This document shows, one piece after another, positions 38,465-52,816 of a stretch of 64,000 bases of DNA. The stretch's first letter is position 1, and every line of letters starts with the position of its first letter. The position numbers and the translations under genes are program-made. The notes under the pieces are model-generated. The model made no database searches and was not told the DNA's origin. It saw nothing but the letters and a program-made list of their open reading frames with translations. Origin of the DNA: Octopus sinensis (taxonomy: Eukaryota); assembly GCF_006345805.1 (NCBI RefSeq), contig NC_043001.1, positions 53,382,001 to 53,446,000 on the forward strand, written 5' to 3'.

Positions 38465-40329
38465 TGTGTGTGCGGCCTCGTGGGCGTGCGTGTGTGTGTA
38501 TATATATGGATGCATTAAATTGTATTACGCAAATCCCTGAGCAGAAAAATATGAAATTACTGAAATAATGTAATTTAGTTATTATTTATATTCGGTTGCA
38601 AACCTCTTTGAAAAGGAAGCGTTGAGAAAATAAAAAATTATCCCAGTGCTTCTTTCTCTATCAAAAACAACGTAGATTTCTTTGATCGACCACCGCCCAA
38701 TGTATCCTACGAGTTCCATTGCATTTCTTTTGGTTTACCTCTAATATTATGAAGACCGAAGGCACACTTTTCCAGGCCCTTTTTGATCTTGTTTTGAGTG
38801 CTGAGGATCTACTTAACATATCCAAACGATGTTCAAAAATTTTCCTGGCAGACATCATAATTGGATATATTCATATGAATAATTCAATGGATTATTTTTA
38901 CCACTCTAAATGCTGATAACACTCAACCAATAATAATCAAATGGAAACAAAACGCGTATAGCATGGACGAACTTGTAAGATAAATATGCGCTAACATCTG
39001 ATTTGGCCAGATTCAGGCACCGTTTGACGCAGTGATGTTGCTCGAATATAACATCGGTAATAAATATAGCGTAACCAATTTACCACTATGCTATAAAACC
39101 TAGTGAAATAATTCAAAATAATAACAGATACCAGCCTGACTTTGTAGATTAGCTATGAACGACTATTAACTCTAGACCATTGCAGTTGGATAATATAACT
39201 ATAAAAGTATAGGTGGGAGTATTTCTCAGAACTCTGTGCATATATGTGTGTATGTATGAGCACGCGCGTGTATTTCTTTGTGAATGGATTTCTTTGTAGT
39301 TAGGAGGTTACTGTATTCGGTTTACGATCATCTGGTCATAAGTTCGTTTTCCGGCCGTGCATTGTGTACTTGAGCTGGACACTTTATTTTACATTGTTCC
39401 AGCCCACTCACATGGAGTTGTGTGTGTTTTGTCGCAATATGTGTCACGCTGAATATCACCAAGAACAAGGTTAAGGGTTAACGTATCGGTGGAGTGCTCT
39501 GCCATTTTCACGTTAATTTCACAAACAGGTTATTCGGTTGATCAGATCGACTGGAACATTGATCGTCGTAACTGACGGAGTTCCAATTTCTTTATTCGTT
39601 TTTGTAGAGAGAAATTTGGTGAGAGAGTAAATGTATGTTTACCTGTCCACTTGTACGTTTCGCCTTATACACCAATCCTGCATTATGCTTTCTTAATCTC
39701 AAATACACGGCTAGAATCACTTTCTTCAATTTCTTTTTCTTCTCCTCTCGCCAAGTTACTCTCTTCAGGAACTTCCTGTCTACACAATCAATGTTACGCT
39801 ATTTTGTTCCCATCACTTACTGTTAATTGCTTTTAGACATATGGTTATGTAACACATCAGTCTTTCGTTTCTTAAATTTTTTATGTAACCCTGCTGAGGA
39901 ATTTAACGAAAGATGAAGAGGGTTCCTTTACATTACACAACAATATCCCATTAAAATGCCTGATTTTGCTGAATATTATATAAAATTAGAACACAGACAT
40001 TATTGCTTTCCTTACTAATATTATTTCCGTTTCTCGTTTATAATGAGCTTCAAAGGTGATATGTTGGAAATTCATAGTCAACCGACTGCAGAATCCGCCG
40101 ATTTAACAGTTTGAATTATGAAATTCAGCAGACTATCTGTTTGTCTATCTTTCTCGTTTTCGTTTTTTTCTCTTTCAATGCATAAATACTGCAATATTTC
40201 GATACATAGATCAGAGGCAGTGAAGAAAATATATAAATTTATCAAGAATTAATGTTTTACTGTATTTGTTATACCTGTATATCCATGTGTCGTTCAAATA
40301 CATGCCACAATACAATTTGAGTTATTATT

Positions 40330-40630
40330 TGTATGCTCAATGGTTAGAGCTTCACAATCATGAGGTAGTGAGTTCGATTCCCAACCGGGCTGTGGATTTT
40401 CTTGTTCAGTAGGACACTACATCACGTTGCCCCAGTTCACCAAGCTGTAGAAATGAGTTACATCACCGATGCCAAGATATATCGGCTTTTGCCTCTCCCT
40501 TGGATAGCATCAGTGGCATGGAGAAGCGGGACTGGTATGCATCAGTGACTACTGGTCTTCTATACACAACCTTGCCCGGACTTGTGCCTCGGAAGGCAAC
40601 ATTCAAGATGCAATTCCATGACCAAGGGGA
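40330..40630 (+). mobile_element. tRNA-derived SINE, third family
   Basis: A-box/B-box-like head gctcaatggttagag...gagttcgattccc followed by a conserved body. Related decayed sequences lie at ~39300-39600 (+) and 58875-59170 (-). Confidence 0.6.
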
Positions 40631-40639
40631 TACACACAC

Positions 40640-40689
<50 letters not shown>

Positions 40690-40799
40690 AGACAGATAGA
40701 TAGATAAATAGATACATACATACATACATACATACATACATACATACATACATTCATACATGCACACACAAGGGTAGGAAAAATTTTAGAATTTTTACT

Positions 40800-42060
40800 A
40801 CCAGTGGCCTAGAATGTATCTTTGGTATGTGCTGCTGTTTGTTGTTTTGCTCTTATTTTTACTGTATTGAAAACGTTTTACGTATGCAGTGCCTAGTAGT
40901 TCTTTTTTCTGTATGTTATCTACACTTGTTAGTTCTGGTGTTTTTGTTACGTAGTTGTCTGAATATTTTTTATCATACCTAATGCGCCTACTATGACAGG
41001 AAATATTTCTGTTTTTAGAATCCACATTTGAGTTACTCTATTTCCAGATCTTTGTATTTAGAAAGTTTCTCCGTTTATGTTTAGAGAAACAATGTGTATC
41101 TGTTGGCATTGATACATCGGTTAGAAAGCATTTTTCTTGGTGATCTCTGACAACTATATCCGTCTTATTGGCTTTAATTTCTCTACATATGTTTATTGGC
41201 ATATCCTACAGTATAGTTGCGTTCTCATTTTCTGTTACCTATTCTGGCATGTGTTTATACCATCTTTTCTCAGTTGCTATTCCATTGTATTGGTATAGCT
41301 TCCAGTGTATATATGACCCAACTCTGTGGTGTCGGTGAATATATTCCTTCTTAGCCAGGATTGGGCAGCCAAAAGCAATATGCTATATTGTTTCTTCTCT
41401 GTCTCCAAACATTTTGCAGGTACTTGTATTTCTTTTCATTAAAAAGTTTTGGTAATTTCCGATAGGGAGGCTTTGAACTTGTGCTGCAATTAAAAATCAT
41501 TCAGTCTCTGCTTTGAGTCCTGAGCTTCTCAGCCATTCTTGGGACTTTGCTTTGTCTTTTGTTTTCTGTTTAGTTAAAACCCAGTATTTTCCAAGAAGGG
41601 GCTTTTCTTGCCATCGTTTTATCATTATCGGTTGCTGTTCCAGGTTTAGTTTGGATTTCAGTTGTTTTACAGCTTTTATTATTTCTTCGTTTTCTCAATT
41701 TTTGTCAGGTACTGACTTCTTTTTTGCATTTGTCAGCTTCCTGATTTCTTTTACGTATTTGTCAGTTATTTGCTTTGCTTATGTTTCGTGGTTATTTATA
41801 TGAGTTTTTCTTGCTTCTGAAGTGGGTATTTCTGTAGTCATAGGGCGGTTATCTTGTGAAAGTTTTCTACAGTATAAGGACTCTAACAACTTCGATACGT
41901 TTCATATATACCATTTCTACGTCATATTTTCGGTGGTTCTTCCTAAATCCTGTCATTATTTTACTTTTTTTCATGTCTATTTTGATTAGTTCATTTAGAA
42001 TCCATTTAAGAATATTGCAGTTGTAATTTATAAGTGTGACGGCAAGCATGTTGATACCTA
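40800..42060 (-). mobile_element. Internally deleted R4/Dong-clade element
   Basis: C-terminal ILKTEIFPVIVGALGMIK..KKELLGTAY, plus a degenerate N-terminal region at 41870-42050. Confidence 0.6.
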
Positions 42061-42179
42061 TTAACGTGTTTTCGCATTGCGCTCCGTTTTCAGTATTAAT
42101 CGAACATGACTATGGTATTCTTTTCTCATCTCATCTCATCTTTTATTTGTGTGTGTTGTATCGTATCTAGTTCATTGAT

Positions 42180-43186
42180 AGATAAGTATTTTTTACATTT
42201 GGCTTTGGACTAATTCTCTTATTTTATTTGCTTTATCTAGTGTGATGTTGCCACTTTTAACTAGTTTTCCTCTTTTCAAGTTTGCTTTGGAACATTTTTC
42301 TAAGCCAAATTTCATGTTTATTTCTTTGATTAATTCACGTACGTACTGTCTGTAGTAATGTTTCCAGCTGTTTATCATTTTAGCGTACAGTTTTAGTATC
42401 TTCTTCTTCTTCTTCTTCTTCTTCTTCTTCTTCTTCTCTTTTCTTCTTCTTCTTCTTCTTCTTCTTCTTCTTCTTCTTCTTCTTCTTCTTCTTTTCTTCT
42501 TCTTCTTCTTCTTTTATTATTATTATTAATATTATTATTATTATTATTATTATTCTATGTTTGACTTTTGCTTTACATCTGCATAAGCTGGCTCCAAATC
42601 TCATCCAGAGACCTCAAGAGACAACAGGTTAGAAGTTCAGGTTGTTGTTATGCCTAGTGTGCCATATATTATGTTTGTTTTAAAACTTGATATTACAAAG
42701 AGAGTATTTTGCGTAGGATATGAGCAGTTCCCATGAGCACTATCTTTTGAATTTCTACCATTTTGGGGTTTCCTGGTATCTGAGTTATGTAGCAATCAGC
42801 CCCTTTTGCTATCATTCCCAGGGCACCTATGACAACAGGTATTGTTTTAGTCATCAGGTTCCACATTTTGATGATTTCTGTTTCCAGGTCTTTATATTTG
42901 CTCAGTTTCTGGTAGGTCTTGACAGATACGTTTATATCGATTGGGACAGTCATATCAATGAGGAGGCTTGTTTTTTTGTCTGAAGTCTTTTACTATGATG
43001 TCTGGCCTATTTGCGTCTATCTTTCTGTCAGTTTGAATGGTGAAGTTCCAGAGGGGTGAGATGTGGTCATTTTCAAGCACTGGAGGTGGTTTGTGTTCCC
43101 ACCAGTTTTTATCATGGGGCAAGTCCAAGCTTCTGCAAATTACTCAGTGAATATATTGTGCAGCTCTATCATGCCTGTTGAGATAC

Positions 43187-43190
<4 letters not shown>
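42180..43190 (-). mobile_element. R4/Dong-clade fragments: RT piece (42180-42380) and a younger 3' end (42560-43190) between (ATT)n runs
   Basis: INMKFGLEKCSKANLKRGKLV; NRPDIIVKDFRQKTSLLIDMTVPIDINVSVKTYQKLSKYKDLE (PD-D-K nuclease motif)..IPVVIGALG..GTAHILRKILSL. Confidence 0.9.
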
Positions 43191-43241
<51 letters not shown>

Positions 43242-43269
43242 ATTATTATTATTATTATACACTTAAGAG

Positions 43270-43730
43270 ACTAGACTGTGAGAAAAGAAAAGAATCCTAA
43301 CATCGGGCTAACGAGTAGACTTAAATGACAAGGTCCCTCCTATTAGGTTACAGCAAGTAATCTTAGATGCCAAGAACCCTCCTAAATATCTTAGATCTCC
43401 GTAACAACATTGTTTTCTGCAGCTTTTCAGATCTTTAGGGATATTTTCCAATGCACCTATAACTACCGGGATACATTTTGCCCGCAATTTCCATAATCGC
43501 TGTAATTCAATAGCTAGTACTTGGTACTTTGCTATACTTATCATATCAATTTGTTATCATTTCGCAGTGTAAAGTCAGATATCTGATACTTTCTATTCTC
43601 TTTATTTACTTCTTCTTCTTCTTCTCCTTCTTCTTCTTCTTCTTCTTCTTCTTCTTCTTCTTCTTCTCTTCTTCTTCTTCTTCTTCTTCTTCTTCTTCTT
43701 CTCCTCCTCCTCCTCCTCCTCCTCCTCCTC

Positions 43731-43767
<37 letters not shown>

Positions 43768-46560
43768 CAACAACAACAACAACAACAACCACCATCACTA
43801 CTACTTCTACTGCTACCAAATAAGACCTAGATTCTATTACTCTGTCAATTTCAATGTTAAAGTCCCATAATCTTTTGCATTTTTTACTTTCTAGTAATTT
43901 ACGAGGTTTACAATTTATTAGTATCTTCAAATACTAGCCAGCATGCTACATTCACTTACTATATGAGTAACGTTTTCCTCTTTTGATTTGCATAATTGGG
44001 AATCTACTTGCATTTTGTCTATCTTGGCTTTTATCGAATTAGTCCTTAATACTTAATCTTCTGCAGCTACTAACAAATTTTCTGTCTCACTTTTAAGCTT
44101 TCCTTTCTGCAGCTATAGCCATGTCTCACTACAGCTTCGCTGAAATTATCTTTGTGAATCTACCATGCAACGCCATATAATTTCTATTCTTTTTTCTGAT
44201 TTTTAAGTCCGTATGGTGTTTTAGTTCCGCCATGTCTTGCTGTGATTCTAACAGTTTTTAATAAACTTTCTTCAGTATAACCTACATAGGATTCTGTATC
44301 TACTCTAGCTCACTCCACGCAGTTTCTGCACCACTATTCCACGCGCTTTTCTAGATGGGTATAATCTTGATACTCCTGCACTTGGGTGAAGCCCTCCCTT
44401 CATATTGAATTCCTTGCTGGCTCTTCTGTCTAGCTTTGCTGATTCAGTTTTTGTCCAGTCTAGAAATGCTTCTGATTATCTAAGTAATGATACTACCCAA
44501 TTATTTTCAGCCCTTCACTAGATTCGGACCATTTAGTTTCGTCTTCATCAGCTTCCTTACCTTTCTGATGTTCTCCTTCTCAATTTTTGTTTTCATTTTT
44601 TGTAATTTTTACTCTGTCAGATTCTAATTCTCCTAGATACTTATAACTCTCTCCTCCTTTCAATGATATTACTGTCTGGCCATCTGGTAATGGGATGTCA
44701 TCACTGTTGGCTACCTGTCCCCTTCTCATGACTAATATTACGCACTTATCTATGCCAAATGCCATGCCTGTATCTTTGCTGAATTAATGAATCTATCCCT
44801 CTTTCATTCTTACTAAAACGCTAGAGATCATCAATGTAGAGCAAATGCTAATTTTAACTTTACTCTTTCTGAACTGACACCCTGCCTTTGCCTTTCTGAA
44901 TACTAAACTGAGGGGGATGAAATATACGACAAATATCACAGCGGACAACGAGTGTCTCTGGAAAATTCCTCTTTTTATATTAACTTTCCCTAAGAGTGTA
45001 GAATAGAGATCTACTTTCCATTTCTTCATGTTACAGTTAATTAATTCTCTTATGTTGTCCACTATACTGAATATAGTAAAACATTAACTTAGCCGTGAGT
45101 GTGGATCATGTTATAGCCTATCTTATAATTCATCCATGGTATTGTTAGATGTTTCTTTCTAGTTTTGACTACATTTAAAATTGCTTTGTCTATATACGAT
45201 AGATAATGCATGCCTCTAGACTTCTTGTTGCAACTTTTCAGTTCTTCTGGTAGTAAACCCTGGTTGTCAAGGTGCTCGTAAATGCTCTCTGAAATATTTC
45301 CTGTTAACAGCTTCTACACTAATGGTAATCAAGTAATTGGTCTATAGTTGCTAGCTGTATTACCCCAACTTTTATCTTTCATAAGGAGTATTGTTCCCCC
45401 TCAAGTCATCGAATCTGTTATTATTCCTCCATGAAGGCAATCCTGAAGTTGTTACCTCAGCCTCCTATGCACCCTTGAAGTAAATCTGGTCCCTGGGACC
45501 TTCCAATCTGGCATTTTTCCTAACACTTTACTCATACATGCACTACCTAATTTTAGAACTCTCTGCTTCTCACACACGATTTCTTCCCTCACTTTCTTTA
45601 ACCATACTGTATCTCGATTACGATTGACTGGTTTATCCCAAATATTATTCCAAAACTTTCTAGCTTCTTCTGCATTGGGTTTCTTATTTATAAAATCTTC
45701 TCCGGTGTGCTTCAAATGATCTATTTTGTTGATACTGATCTATTCTTTTCTGACACCTGGAGAGCTTACCTGCTATGATGGGCTGTTTCAACTCTTCTAT
45801 TAGTGTCCCAAATCCTTTCTCTTTGAGTAAGTATCTTTTCTCGATGGAAGAACTACGCCTTTTGCTTCCTAACCTGTTTGTTATCCAGGCTTCTATTCAA
45901 CTCAGATTTTGACTGAAAGTCTCCACTTTATTTTGTATTCTCCTTTTAAATCTTTCCCTGTGTGATATCTAACCTTCTGATTACTACTGTCCCTCCTGCA
46001 TAGATTAATAAATTTGTGTCCCCTATATTCTTAATATCTATCCTACTGATAACAGAATATACTTTCTTTCCAAGTCCTTTCTAGCAGCTTCCTTCTTTGT
46101 TTTACTTTTTTAGTCATTACTTCCTGCAGCTCATCTTAAATATTCTGATATTCCTCACTTTAATTACTTAAGTTGTTGATGCCTTTCCTTATTGGTTGTA
46201 CTATTATTAATTTTCGTTTAGGTTCTTCTTTGGGTTGAACTGTATATCTTATGTTGTTTATCATTTTTACTGACTTGTCTTGTGATCTCTTCTACTTCCA
46301 ATTCTGTGATCCATTTTCTTCTCCTAGTAGTATTAGCTTGATCAACTAATCTCTGCTCAGTCACTTTAAACAAAGCAATCGCTACCCAAAGTGTTAACAT
46401 CACTATCCTATCTTCTTCACTGGTCCACTTCCTATTCCTTAGTCTATTAACTGCTGATGTTGTATTAGGATAACAGCTGTGGGCAGTCTGCATCCTTATT
46501 GAACCACTGCCGAGCGAGAGGCCTTCCATTAAATTCCAGCTTCATTTTCGCTGTTACAAT
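43270..46560 (-). mobile_element. Near full-length, decayed R4/Dong-clade element
   Basis: N-terminal Myb-like RNRKWTSEEDRIVML; KPNAEEARKFWNNIWD; GKVNIKRGIFQRHSLS; MAFGIDKC..ESYKYLG; C-terminal KCIPVVIGAL. Confidence 0.85.
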
Positions 46561-47065
46561 CAAAGTTTCTTCGGAAACTTGTCTTATAAACTGAGGTATA
46601 GTAACTTTCGTCACATCGTCATCACCACTATTATTTTTCATCATCTACAAGTTTGAAGCAAGTTTCTATTGCATCATTTGTTACACCTTTGTGCTAGGTG
46701 GGTGGTGTGTCTCCGTTTTTTGGGGTGGAGAAGGGATATTGTATGGAATCAGAATGCTCTGTTGTGGGGTTTGATTTGAGTCTTCTGTTGTACAAGATTT
46801 TATATTGTGTTTTGTTTGTGCAGCGCATGTTGTGTTCTTCTGTCGAGTATCGGCCTTCTATGGCACATGTTGTGTTTGAGTATTTACAGTGTATTTTGAA
46901 CCGGTGCAACGTAGTAGTGTGTGTGTGTGTGTGCGTGTGTGTGCGCTTGTGTGTGTGTGTGAGAGAGAGAGAGCAACCTCATAAATCAACTATTTTATAC
47001 TTATTTGTGATTGTCCGTCCTCCGTTTTTTCGCTTTTGGTTGGTTTTGTTATGGGTTCCGTTAAC

Positions 47066-47137
<72 letters not shown>

Positions 47138-47170
47138 CATTTTTATTTTTATTATTGTTATTATTATTAC

Positions 47171-47204
<34 letters not shown>

Positions 47205-48989
47205 ATTATTATTATTATTATTATTGTTGTTATTATTATTATTAAGCTGGCGATTAACATCATTTCGTTCGTTTTTACGTTACTACGAGTTCATATTCCA
47301 CCGAGCCATTCAACCTTTCAGGGTCAATGAAATAAATACCACCCAAGTACTTGGCTCGATGTAATCGTTCCCCTCTACTCAAAAACTGCAGGCCTTCTGC
47401 CAAATTTCAAACCAATATTTTCTTGTCTTATATTGTATATGTATGTTTGTTGGTCATTTCCATAACTGTTAATCTTCCTCGTTTTAGTTGTGTTAATATG
47501 TAATATACCTACATTGCCAACCCACAAATCACACACACACACCATATCAACGACGTCCTAACATATACGCACGTTCGGTTTTCTTTGAAATTATATTGTA
47601 GGCACGACTGTGTATGTGACCGACATTAATCAGCTTTATTTCTGTCTTTCATTTGTCCATATTAATCCTTTGTGAACTGTTTGAAACAATATCATTTTTG
47701 TTTCCACTAATGTTCCTACACGTTCTCGGAATGAACTTCATTGAAGTTTTGAGAGCCGCACTTTAATAGCCATTTTTATTCATCAGCGTGCTTCCTGAAA
47801 ATGAAAATATAAACTATATTATCGTGTTTATCGAATACTAATTTGATATTTTAACTGTTAAATTTAGTATACCATTGTAGTTTTTTTTTTCTCCATAGCT
47901 AATATATCTCTGTTCTTATGTTGTTCACCTTTAATAAATTTCCCATTGATAATTTTCGAGTTTTTGTCAGCGTATATAATATAAAAGTCTGGTCTACAAA
48001 ATTTATTGTTATTTTATCAAGGAAGAAATTTCGTTGTTTATTGTTTATCGATCTATGTGTAACATTAACTTAGAATTCAACATATCTATATTTTATTCGT
48101 TTTTATAAACTCTGATTCTAAATCCTGAAAAATCCTTGGGCTACTTCAGTGTCCATAATGCACCAGCAGATGATGCAAAATGGATGACTAGGTCTATTGC
48201 AGTATATTTATATTCATAAGGAGAAGTTATTTTTTAAATTTTGATGATAACTCCCCTTTTAAGAGTTGGAATTATTAATAAACCATACGTCTCAAATCCA
48301 CTGGTTTAGAAGAAAGGCAAACGGGTTTGAATCAATGGTATTTGAAACCTCCATTTGCTATTTCATATTTCTAAGTTGTATATTCTAAATATCAGCTGCT
48401 TGTAACGAAAGTGGTGAGGCACAATATCTTTGATATTATATATTCCTTTAAAAGTGATTTATTTATTCTTAAGAATTACATGTTTAACGAAACTCTCATT
48501 AGTCACAAAACAACACCGTAGTAATGATTGGAATGATGTAAACTTTTTATAATGTATAATTTATTACACGTTACATAGACACTGGTGCACGGGAACATAC
48601 ATACAGAAAGACTTACATAAGTGCATGGACGTTTACACAAACACACACACGCGCATACACACATAAATATGTGTATGTATGTATTTATATATTTATATGT
48701 TTGTGAGTATATATATATATATAAATACAATTGTTTGTTTGTATTCCACCTGCCTTCGTCTTTTGTTTATTTTCATAAAGCTTCCCGTTATATATATATA
48801 CATACATATATATATATGCACAAACATACATACATAATGCAATGAATAAATTGTTGTCTATGTTATGTGATTGGAGAAATTTTCTGACAGCCATGACTGA
48901 TCTCCCCTGCGTATGTGGCATGGTGCAGAGTCATGTTGCCTGATATAGGGTCTTCCATCAGACACCCTCGTCATCCAGGGCAGCACTAT

Positions 48990-49343
48990 CCCTTCCTACA
49001 TTTAGCTACCCAACTTCCCACACTGCTATCCCCTTGATTTTTATGTGTGAGGCGCAGTTGAGCTAGAGGCCAATAAAACTCCTTGTAATACCAAAGATGA
49101 ACCGAAGGCAAGGTTTATGGCAGCCTTCACCAACTTAAACAAGAACTTCCAGAAGAGCTGCAGGATATTCCGACGTAGCCTAGAGGTCGTGCTGAAAGAG
49201 AATGGCAATTTTTTGAATAAATTGACTCTTTACTATTTCAAAATGTTTTTTTTTATATAATTTTGGTAAATATATCCGTTAAAATTAAATGTGTTATCTT
49301 CATTTTTGCGTAATTTAAACGACAGTTTATTCATCGCACCCTG
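48990..49343 (+). mobile_element. Tc1/mariner superfamily (maT-like) transposase C-terminus and right TIR
   Basis: PNFPHCYPLDFYV*GAVELEANKTPCNTKDEPKARFMAAFTNLNK..LEVVLKENGNF (PxSPDxNPLDY motif). The element ends ...gcaccctg followed by TA. Confidence 0.8.
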
Positions 49344-50158
49344 TATGTGTGTGTGGATATCTGTGTGTCTGTGTGTGTGTGTCTGTGTGTTTCTCTCTCT
49401 CTCTCTCATATATACATATTTACGAATATGTATATACATGTGTAAATGTACATGTCTGCGCGTGAGTATGATACGATATGTTATGAGCTGAAATATACCA
49501 GAATTATCCTATAAAATATTCAATATACTTCATAAATTTTCCCTAAGGAGGCAATCATTTGCTGTAGTACAATTTGGATAAGTTAGGGGGTTTACTCTGT
49601 TGTAATTTTCTCCTCAATTGACCAATAAAAATAAAGTATTTAAAATGTTCAACACCTCCACCAACACCACCAGCATTATCATCATCATCAGCAGCAGCAT
49701 AGGCATTATCTTCTTTTCATGCTCCCATTTCTCCATCTTATTTTGATTCTCCTCCTTCTTCTCCTTCTCCTCCACCTGCTCCGCCTGCTGCTATTCCTCC
49801 TCCCCCGCCACTTCCCCACCTCTCCTATCGTTTTCGTGTGGTATTGTTGTTTTTACTTTTTATATTTCTTCGTCGTTCTTCCTTATCGTCTTCCTGTAAT
49901 ATTTCCCTTTACAGTATAGCACTATCACAAGGCGGTGAGCTGGCAAAAACGTTAGCACGCCGAGTGAAATTTTTAGCGGTATTTCGTCTGCCGCTACATT
50001 CTGAGTTCAAATTCCGCCGGGGTCGACTTTGCCTTTCATCCTTTCGGGGTCGATTAAATAAGTACCAGTTACGCACTGGGGTCAATATAATCGACTTAAT
50101 CCGTTTGTCGTCTCTGTGTTTAGCCACTTGTGAGTAGTAAAGGAAGAAAGCGACGGTT

Positions 50159-50278
50159 AGACATGTTCTGTCAAATTGCAGACTAGCACTAAAAAGATAT
50201 GCATGGCGGCATAATCAAGTCCTCGGCGTCATAAGCGCAGCACTCAAGAAGAAGATCGAGAGGTACAATAGAGGAGAG
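50159..50278 (+). mobile_element. Short fragment of an RLE-type non-LTR retrotransposon (HERO/NeSL/R2-like zinc-knuckle end)
   Basis: Open frame RHVLSNCRLALKRYAWRHNQVLGVISAALKKKIE matches HILSxCxxAL..RYxWRHxQVL. Confidence 0.6.
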
Positions 50279-50526
50279 TGGTTTGGGTGGTTTACGTCTT
50301 CACATCTTAGTGGTTCTGCTAACATAACAATACAATACGCGCCAGGCTTTAAGCAAACAAGTACGACCAACAACTGCTCGTGGTGTTTTATTACATAGCT
50401 AAATATTACGTATTTAAATCTCCCTAACGTGATTTTCCTAATGAGAGCAATGAATCAAGAAGTTGAGTTCTATTATAAATTAAATTAAACCTCACTTTCT
50501 CATCATTTTGCTTTTGCCAATATGAG

Positions 50527-50564
<38 letters not shown>

Positions 50565-51040
50565 AACGGGATTCGTATAAGACTTTGCTCGGCTCGTCAG
50601 TTTAGTAGAAAACACTTGCCCAGGGTACCGCGCAGTGGGAACTGAAACCGGAACCGTATGGTTTGAAACCTAGTTTCTTACCACACCAACACGCCCGCGT
50701 CTGTGTATGTGTTTGTGCGTGTGTGCGCGTGTGTATGTATGTGCGTGCCTGGGATTTTGTGTTAGTATTTTTTTACCTCCATTTAACAACCGGGTTTGGG
50801 TGGTTTACGTCTTCACATCATAGTGGTTCTGCTAACATTCCCATACAATATGTGCCAGGCTTTAAGCAAACAAGTACGACTAAAAACTGCTCGTGGTTTT
50901 TTATTACATAGCTAAATATTACGTATTTGAATCTCCCTAACGGGATTTTCCTAATAGGAGCAATGAATCAAGAAGTCGAGTTCTATTATAAATTAAATTA
51001 AACCTCACTTTCTCATCATTTTGCTTTTGCCAATATAAGA
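50279..51040 (+). repeat. ~250 bp direct duplication (50279-50530 and 50794-51040)
   Basis: Two highly similar copies of gtttgggtggtttacgtcttcacatc...ttttgcttttgccaatat, separated by (TA)n and a SINE fragment. Confidence 0.95.
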
Positions 51041-51339
51041 AAAAATTTATTTCGCATAATTATGTCTTTTCATTTCTCCCCGTCATTGCTGTTGCAGTTC
51101 ATAATTCTCAATTATAAATACTATATCGTAGTGTTATTTTTAGTGCTGTTCTATTTATTGTCGTCATATCATCATTAATAGTATTTGTTCGTCTATCGAC
51201 CCATCCATTATACTGTTCTCGTAAGCGTTTTGGTATTTGTATTGTTATACAAACTTATATATTAAGCATTTGTTATCAATTTATAGTTAAACCAGGACCT
51301 TAGGTAGCTGGTTAGTTTTTTTTTTCATTTGTGGCCTTT

Positions 51340-52660
51340 TGGTGCTAAATCGGTGTTTCATTAGCAAACCCGCCTCTTAATTTTTGTTTAAAGACGATGG
51401 CGAACCAGAACTATTCGTCCGTTGCAAAGAAGAACGAGAACAGCGAAATATTACTAATCAGTGTCAGCAGCATCTGAAACAATAAAACCAACGGCAACAA
51501 CAGAAATAACACAGCACGGGGAATGTATGAAGCTAATTTGCTGTTGCTAAAAATGTCAACACCACCATCATATTCACAGGAAAAACAAGAAAGATTGCCG
51601 ACTACAAAACGCAATAACACTGTTATGAACACCACCGCCTCGTCTAACTCCATCAGTGGTAACAACAAATCCACCACTACCAGCGCCACCACCAACAAAT
51701 AATAAACAGTGAAAACAGCAGCTGCTCCTATTTCTAAACAAAATGGAAACGGTTTCGTATGAGCCTTTCGTGCACCGGTGGAAGTTGATGCCAATGTGTA
51801 CTTAACGAACAATGGAAGAAAAAACAAAATTTATGTCGAGGAAAATATGTGTTGAGTTAAGAAAAAGCCAAAGATATTGCAACAACGAACCTCAAAATTG
51901 AGGAATTGTAGCTAAGTCGAATATACTTCCGTGGGAGGGTTCTAAAAGTAATAGTAGTAGTTGTATCACCAGAAGTCGACATCCATTTTCTGGTGCCAGC
52001 TGTATTCTATGGCATAGAGAATAAAACAACAGTTCTCCAAATGCACAAATTGGGGAAGGAATACTGGTCAGGCCCGCGAATGGAATTTTTGATGCAGACC
52101 GTTTAGGTAGGTATCGAAGTTATTCTTGATCTGATCAAACTCCCCTATGTTACACAGCTATTGTAGCAGTTGAGAGCAGAAAACCAAGGTGTCACTTTTG
52201 TGGCAAAACAAACCACGTTAAGGCTTTCTGCTCCATTCAAAGAAAAGGAAACCGTCGCTACTGCAGACACCTCTAACCCAATACCAATATAATGATCAAA
52301 AGAAACAGAAGTAGCACCAACAAAAACACCAACAGGACCAATGCCAAGAGCAGCAACATCCAACACAGCAAAAGTATTGACAGGAGGAACAGCAGAGGAA
52401 ATCTATACATCAGCAGCAGACAAAGTTACCAGACACTAGAAAAACGAAAGCGTCGAATGCAGTATCGCAACCGAAAAAGGCCTCAACCACACCAGTCAAC
52501 TAAACCCTTCGCTTAGAAATGCATAACTGTACAGACATACTTCTCCCTTGCCAAAAATTTCTGCGACTATAAAAACTCGTCTAGCGAAGTAAACAGTTGA
52601 TAGAAAACCACCTGAATATAGCTTCGTGAATAGAAAAAAATATGTATGTATGTATGTATG

Positions 52661-52709
<49 letters not shown>

Positions 52710-52779
52710 TATATATATAATATATATATATATACATACATACATAATACATACATACATACATACATACATACATACA

Positions 52780-52816
<37 letters not shown>

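Noticed and set aside
39885-39925. CTGAGGA-atttaac-GAAA with a flanking aaccct/agggtt stem
   Set aside because: There is no stem II pair and no valid NUH triplet.
46694-46909. CAIEGRYSTEEHN, resembling the HERO/R2 GRYxWRHN motif
   Set aside because: It is too short and degenerate to call without a search.
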